NCBI GenBank assembly: GCA_964019335.1
Contig: OZ025753.1
Span: forward strand, 124,001 to 188,000
Reading direction: 5' to 3'
Origin: Diplonema japonicum
Taxonomy: Eukaryota; Protista; Euglenozoa: Diplonemea
DNA: 64,000 nucleotides
Shown piece by piece: positions 58,134 to 64,000 of the stretch. Position 1 is the stretch's first letter. Each line of letters begins with the position of its first letter. Position numbers and translations under genes: made by a program. Below the pieces are notes generated by a model, which had not been told where the DNA came from, ran no database searches, and saw only the letters and a list, made by a program, of their open reading frames with translations.

Positions 58134-60025
58134 ATGAACGGTCTTCGGGACATGTTGCTGCTGGCAGCCCTCCTCGCAAGCAGTGCTGCGGCACCACTCA
58201 GTCGCATTGGAGGCATCGATGCCCTCGGTGATGTCAACGACGTGCAAACGATAGGGAACATCGCTTACGTTGCAGGCGGGGCCACGGGTCTCATGATATT
58301 CGATGTCAGTGATGCGTCGTCGCCGAAGCTGCTGGGCAGCAGTGCTGATTGCATTGGGTGCAACACGACAGCTCAGTACGTGACTGTGGTGGGCACAACG
58401 GCTTACGTGGTTCCTTTTTACAATTTCAATCCCTCTCGCTTTGGCCACACAGTATTCGCGATTGTTGATGTGAGCACACCTTCGTCACCGAGGCAGCTGG
58501 GGACTTACGAAAAGGAATGGCCTTTCCGCATTTTCATTTCAGAGAATAATTATGTGTATTCCTTTCAGCACGATGGGATCCATGTGGTGGATGTGAGCAC
58601 ACCGTCGTCGCCCAGCTTGGTGACAAAGCTTGACAGTGAGGACAAGTGGGGTGCTTACTGCGTTGCTGGGACGACCCTCTTCGCGTATTCGACATTTTCT
58701 GCATCACCAGACGTCCTGCAGCTCTACGACGTGACAACCCCGTACCTTCCTCAGACCTTGGGCAAGCTGACTTTGCAGGGAGCAATCCCTATTATCTCTT
58801 TCTCAGTGTTTTTGGGTCTCATCTCTATGTAGCTGGTAATATTTTCGTCACCATCATCGACTTTCTTCACGTTTGTCCCCAAAGCAGATGGGTACCTTGA
58901 CCCTCACATCGAGATTTTTAGCTCTCACCGTGTCGGGGAACACAGCTTATGTTGGGACTGACAACGATGGCGGGACTGGTCTTGTTGTTGTTGACATCAG
59001 CAGCTTCGTTTAATGTGTCCCCTGTGTCGTAGAATGTGGAAGCTGCAGCGCAGAATGCAGCAACAGTGAGAGTAACTGTCTTGGGGGCGTACAAGGTGAA
59101 TAGCACGAATTATGCACACATTGCGGTTGATGGAACAACAGTTTATGCCACTGGGCCCGACGGTGGCATGGATATCATCGATGCAAGCGTTCCATCATCA
59201 CCTTCCTTGTTGGGCACCTTTCAGTACAATGGCCCCTATCTACATGGTGTAACTGTCAACAATGGCTTTGCTTACATTATCACCACCACCACCAGACCCA
59301 ACACTACCCTTTGCATCGTCAGTGTGCACGATCCGCAGTCACCCACTCTGTTCACCACCTTGGACCTGCCCTGTGTGGGAAGAGCCACTTCCATAGCCAT
59401 GCATGGAACCACTGTCTACTATTCGTGTTTTTAGGAAGCTTTGGCATCATCGACATCAAAGATGCATCGTGGCCTTCACCTCAGCTGCTTGGGGAGTACA
59501 CAGCAGTGGTCTTTGACTTCGCTGTTGACGGGAACACGGTCTATCTTGCCTCTTATGCTCAGCTTCTCGTTCTCGATGTGAGCACACCGTCGTCTCCACA
59601 GCTTGTGGACAGCCACTTCATCCCCGGCGAACTTAAAAACATCAATTAAAAAAAAAAAAAAAAAAGAAAAAAAAAGAATCCCGAGGACTGGCAACCAAAG
59701 GAGAAAAAAAAAAAAAAAAGCCATTAGCCAACTGTGGAAAGAGAATACCCATGTCACAAAGGTGCTAGAACAATAACACAGGCCGACACGAAAGCACGAA
59801 CGTCTCAACACACTTCCGTTGGCTCCACACAGCCCAGCTGGGTGGGGTCGGTCTGGCTAGACCAAGAGGAGGTGGAATTTAAAAAAAAAAGAAATAACCA
59901 CAATAGCTTTCTTGGTATCGCTGCTTCTGGTGGGAGGGTTTATGTCGCAAACTACGGGCTTTATGTTTTTGAAGAAATGTCCACTCCAACAGCGGCACCC
60001 AGTCCGACACACCAGCACCCTCAAC
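58134..60025 (+). pseudogene. LVIVD copy 7, disrupted
   Basis: Several frameshifts; internal deletion patched by foreign sequence (~59001-59073); retro-insertion ~59627-59895; no TM segment. Confidence 0.85.
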
Positions 60026-60334
60026 AGCACCACACACACCCCCTTTCCTCCACTTTTGGATGGTTTTTTGTCCTGGCAGCCTTCAGAAGTGTGTGGCAGT
60101 GGCTATCGTGTGATGGTCTATTTTTTATAAGACGGCACCGCAGGGTGCGACCCGAGACACCGCGTAAGCATTGGTGTATTGGACGGAAGTAGCCTGCTGC
60201 TGCTGCTGTGTTTTTGTTTGAAAAGGGGAGAAAATCTTTTTCATGCTTTTGTTAAGCGCTCTATTCGTATATTTACGTAACGCTCCCCTCCCCCTTTTTT
60301 TTTTCTTCTCCCCCTTTCTTTTTGTCTTCGCACA

Positions 60335-61010
60335 CCTGGAGAAGCTGCAGCGATACATGGCTGTGGTGGTCGGGAAACGGGATGTGGAGCTCATGCAAAT
60401 AGACAACGCCAGCACACAGCCGCTGCCGTGGGTACGCGATGTGGAGGGAAGGAGATGCCTCGTGCCAACGGCGGGGGAGCTCGAAGGAGTGGGAGGAATC
60501 GTCGCAGAATTCTTGAACCCGCTGCTGCAGTGGTTGTCACAGCTACGATGGGTGAAGGAGGACACCAGCTCTGAAGTGTCAGCGGTGGAATTGGCCATCG
60601 ACTTCGAATGGACGACAGGCAAGTTACTGGGAGGTCTGCTGGAAGATAGGGCTCGCAAGATCAAAGCACTGATAAGAAAGCTGAACGCGGCATGCAGGGC
60701 ACGGAAGAAGCCACGCCCCTTCAGCGGATGAACAGAAGAGAGTGAAGTCCCTCATCGCAATAGGTGGGAAGACGGCTATGGGTTTCGCCAGGAGGCCCAT
60801 CTTCGCCACCCACTCCACGCACGACAAGCTGATGGAACTGAAAGCCGCTTACAAGCGAGACCGCATCACACGACTCCGCAAGACGCTCAAGGCCTCGATT
60901 GGAACGAAAGAATGCTCCAGAAGGGGAGTATAAATAGATAGCCCCCCCCCAACCCACCCAAGGGCGGCCCTCCATGAGGGGGTTTGTCCTGCACTTTGAG
61001 TTTCTTTTCA
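60335..61010 (+). mobile_element. LINE ORF2 C-terminal fragment and 3' end
   Basis: LQRYM...WLSQLRW...VSAVELAIDFEWTTG is homologous to 36735-37100 and 2925-3200. Confidence 0.8.
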
Positions 61011-61906
61011 GCTGCATATGTATTCTTTTTAAATACAAAAAAGAAGAAACAAAAAAAAAAAGGGAACTCTTCCCGCTTTAACTCCTGTGGGGGGGGGGGG
61101 GGGGGGCAGCAACTCCTCACATTCTCGACATGCGAGGCCCACCCCGTAAGAAGCTGAAGGTAGACGGCAAGGAGGCGACTCTCCTGCCAAATATCAAGGT
61201 CTACGACCCAGCAGAAACAATCCCCCGCCAAACTAAGTCCTCTCCACACCAACGTCAACACAAGAAGAAAAGAACACCGAGCAGGCCGAAGAGATACTCC
61301 ATAGAAGAGTACCTCACGTTCTACGGCAAAGAAAAAGGGTGGGCACAGTGCCACACCGCAGTACCAGGCTATCTAAAAAAGAAGGAACGTGCAGAGAAGG
61401 AGAAGGCGGAGAAAGAAGAAAGAAGGAAGATGCGGAAAAACAAGAGGTTTCGTCCCTCGTCCAGGTAGTGAAGGCTGACGGAAACACCGCAGGGCAACAC
61501 GCAGCAGGGCGGCGGAGATCTGTCCGGGGTACTACAGGAGATTGCAGCGTTGAAGGCACAACAACAGCAAGCACAGCAACAAGCCCAACAACAAAAGCAA
61601 GCGTAGGACGAGCATAACCACAGGCTGCAGAACATGACAGGACTACGACAGGAAGTGGCACAAATTAAGTGTGTGTGCTTTTTTTTTTTTTTTTTTTCCC
61701 CTCGCGGTAACAATGTTCTTTTGATCACCTCTTGCTTCTTTTTTACTATTATAGTTATCTGCGGCGACAACAGTGGTGACAGTCACCCCGTCGTCCCTCC
61801 CTGTCGTTCGTGATTTTTATTCATTTTATTTTCTTTGTTCTTTTAAAAAAGAAGAAAAAATGAAAAAAAAGGTGGGAGGTTTACACAAAAATACAAAAGA
61901 TTCACC

Positions 61907-62484
61907 ATGAGCCTCAAGAGGACGACGTCCGTGCAGCTTGAGGTGATCTTTCCCTCCTCTGAGCATGAGACTGTCGAAACGGAAGCGGCCGCAAGGAGAC
62001 CACCTTGACTTTTGAAGGAGAGGAGGTCGGGGGTGAGGGTGATGGGAGGCTCGTAAGGGATCTTCCTTTTCAGGATCAGAGCACGCTGCATGTCCTTCCC
62101 GACAAATGCTACAAGACACGAATAGAACTCGAAGCCCTGGGTTTCGGCAATAGCCTGGACTCTGTACTTCATCGTGTTGAACTTGATCCTGAAAAGCTGT
62201 GCTATGTTTTGAGTCTGATGGCAGAGGCAGGCTGTGCAGCGACAAGGAGAAGCTGGGTGAGGTACTTCATGCAATAAGTGGACGCAGCGACAGCATGGCC
62301 ATGGCCCCCCTGTGTCGATACGCTGCTCTCAGTTACAGATGGTGGATGTGAACTCCAGCCTACATCTATTCACGCATTTGTCAGGGCAGCGAACCACAGA
62401 CACACGGCGGTGATTGGCGTACTTCTAAAGCATAACGCGTCTCATAAAGGTTTTGGTACCGACGGTGTCGCTTCTTCCGACTGA
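61907..62484 (+). pseudogene. Decayed UBL-domain gene
   Basis: VQLEVIFPS...TFEGEEV...STLHV UBL-like pattern with a frameshift and an in-frame stop at 62275. Confidence 0.45.
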
Positions 62485-62571
62485 GGCCACCTTTTTTTGG
62501 AAAATAATAAATTATTATTATTTTTTTTTCTTCTTTTCTTTTCCTTCACATTTTCACTCAAATAAAATAAA

Positions 62572-62605
<34 letters not shown>

Positions 62606-62722
62606 AAAGGGAGGGAAGGGGGAGGGGAAGGGTTGAGGAAGGGGGCGGGTGAGAATAACTTCAAGAAAAAGAAAAAAAAAAAAAAAAAAAGGGAAAGAAA
62701 AAAAAAGAAAAAAGAAAAAACC

Positions 62723-63697
62723 ATGAAAATAATGCGCGCGTTCGCACTGCTTCTCTCTGTCCTGTCTCTGTCCACGCCCTGCTCCTGCGAAGTCAAGACC
62801 CTGCAGATCAAAACGCTTAAGGCCGACTATTCAGACCTCCCTAAAGGCTGGCCCACAAAGCACAAGCTGGGAAAGGGTCTTCAGGACATGGAAGACATTG
62901 CCACATGGAGAGGCACAGTAAAGTACAACGACAAGGGCTTTTGGACAGAAAACACAGGCGGGAAGTGGAAAGAAGGGATCTTGTTGGTAATCGGCGGGGC
63001 GTACCCTGGAAGGGGAAGGGACATGAACGCGGTCGATCCGCTGTTGAAAGCCGGCTACAACGTCTGGGTGAACCGCATCTCTTCCGTGTCCTTCGCCGTC
63101 ACACACGGCAGGGAACAATGGGGCTACCTCAACTACCTCGCTGACCCTGAACGGCCAAGAGCCGACATTGTGGTATTCTTACATGGGCATGCAAAGGCAT
63201 GGCATCATGACAACATCCCTCTACAACGTCTAGTAGAAACTGCAGTAAGTTGTTCTCAGGATACTCGTAACGTGGCTGATCTCAACGCGCACTGGATGGA
63301 GGACCCCGAGGCCTCAGAAGCAGTTGTGGAGCTGTGGAACCGCCTTCTCGGTCCATTCGGCCGTCCCATGCAAAAGGGTGTCGCGGTGTCGTCTCCCTCC
63401 GCTGCTCAGTTCGCCGTCCCGTTCGGGAGAATAGACGAAAACCCAATAGAGTTTTACCAGGCCGCCCTGCATGCGGTTCTTACCGACGAGGCCTACGACG
63501 GGTGGTTCTTCGAGTACACCTGGCATTTTATGTTCGGTGAGGCGCAGGATATGACCAAGATACGGAATCGGTACCCCTGTCCGCCGCCGCTGCCCGTTGT
63601 CAAGAAGATGCCGATTCACTCGAAAGCTGCCGTCGCGATGTTTGTGTTTGTGGCCTCGGTGCTTGGGCTGAAGATTGCCATGCGTGCGTTGCGATAA
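62723..63697 (+). CDS. DUF3431-like protein with signal peptide and C-terminal TM
   Basis: GRE...YL.Y, VVFLHGH..AWH, AQFAV...I...P.EFY and FEYTWH.MFG motifs; true start MKIMRAF at 62723. Confidence 0.75.
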   Translation: MKIMRAFALLLSVLSLSTPCSCEVKTLQIKTLKADYSDLPKGWPTKHKLGKGLQDMEDIATWRGTVKYNDKGFWTENTGGKWKEGILLVIGGAYPGRGRDMNAVDPLLKAGYNVWVNRISSVSFAVTHGREQWGYLNYLADPERPRADIVVFLHGHAKAWHHDNIPLQRLVETAVSCSQDTRNVADLNAHWMEDPEASEAVVELWNRLLGPFGRPMQKGVAVSSPSAAQFAVPFGRIDENPIEFYQAALHAVLTDEAYDGWFFEYTWHFMFGEAQDMTKIRNRYPCPPPLPVVKKMPIHSKAAVAMFVFVASVLGLKIAMRALR

Positions 63698-64000
63698 GAT
63701 TTTTTTTTTTTTTTTTTTTTTTTAAGAATTTCTTTTTTTTCCAGGTGGGGATAACATTCTCAGGGTGTTGAATCTTGGTTACCCGGGCATTAAAGACACG
63801 GCACGGAACGCAGAAGAAGCTACAACTCGGCCGCGGTGCGCCCCTGTAATCAAGTAGACAGTTCTTGTGCAGGGCGCCGTCAACACCGGCCTCCTTCAAC
63901 TCTTATATTTTTTAATTTTTTTTCCCCCTTCAGTATCGGTCATTTTTGTTTTTTGTGTCATTGTCACCAGGGGTGTGAAAAGAGATCTCTCCCCACCGCA

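Noticed and set aside
3508-60025. Diversity-generating retroelement (RT next to variable genes)
   Set aside because: No template/variable repeat pair with adenine-only differences; variation includes indels; the RTs are APE-type LINE enzymes.
62453-62722. Poly-Lys/Phe N-terminus of the 414-aa ORF
   Set aside because: Translation of intergenic homopolymers; the signal peptide starts at 62723.

Overview
Eukaryotic, intron-poor DNA with long A/T homopolymers. All host genes lie on the + strand. GTATGT...CAG introns and conserved CACAG|G sites before start codons suggest a trans-splicing euglenozoan such as a diplonemid; this taxon call is inference only. The window is dominated by a dispersed array of type-I membrane LVIVD-repeat (beta-propeller) genes: 5 intact-looking copies (one with a doubled ectodomain), 2 disrupted copies and 3 fragments. 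Their scaffold is nearly invariant at the DNA level, while the BC and DA loops (predicted top face) vary strongly in sequence and length. Each intact copy has a second exon, not linked by the ORF track, that encodes a cytoplasmic tail. The intervening intron carries many mobile-element insertions. One variable loop gained 8 codons through a duplication-flanked micro-insertion of a dispersed element with a fixed ...AAATCATTTCAG 3' end, variable 5' truncation and an NYRCC target preference. Two near-full-length APE-RT LINEs have different ORF1-ORF2 junctions: one has an OTU protease, an in-frame TGA and a GG site, the other a 2A-like GIHPNPGP. The window also holds RNase H (Ingi-like) LINE fragments, a decayed piggyBac, a hAT transposon and MITEs. 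Other genes: UBL-TPR, two UBL-LRR, a multi-pass membrane protein and a DUF3431-like protein.
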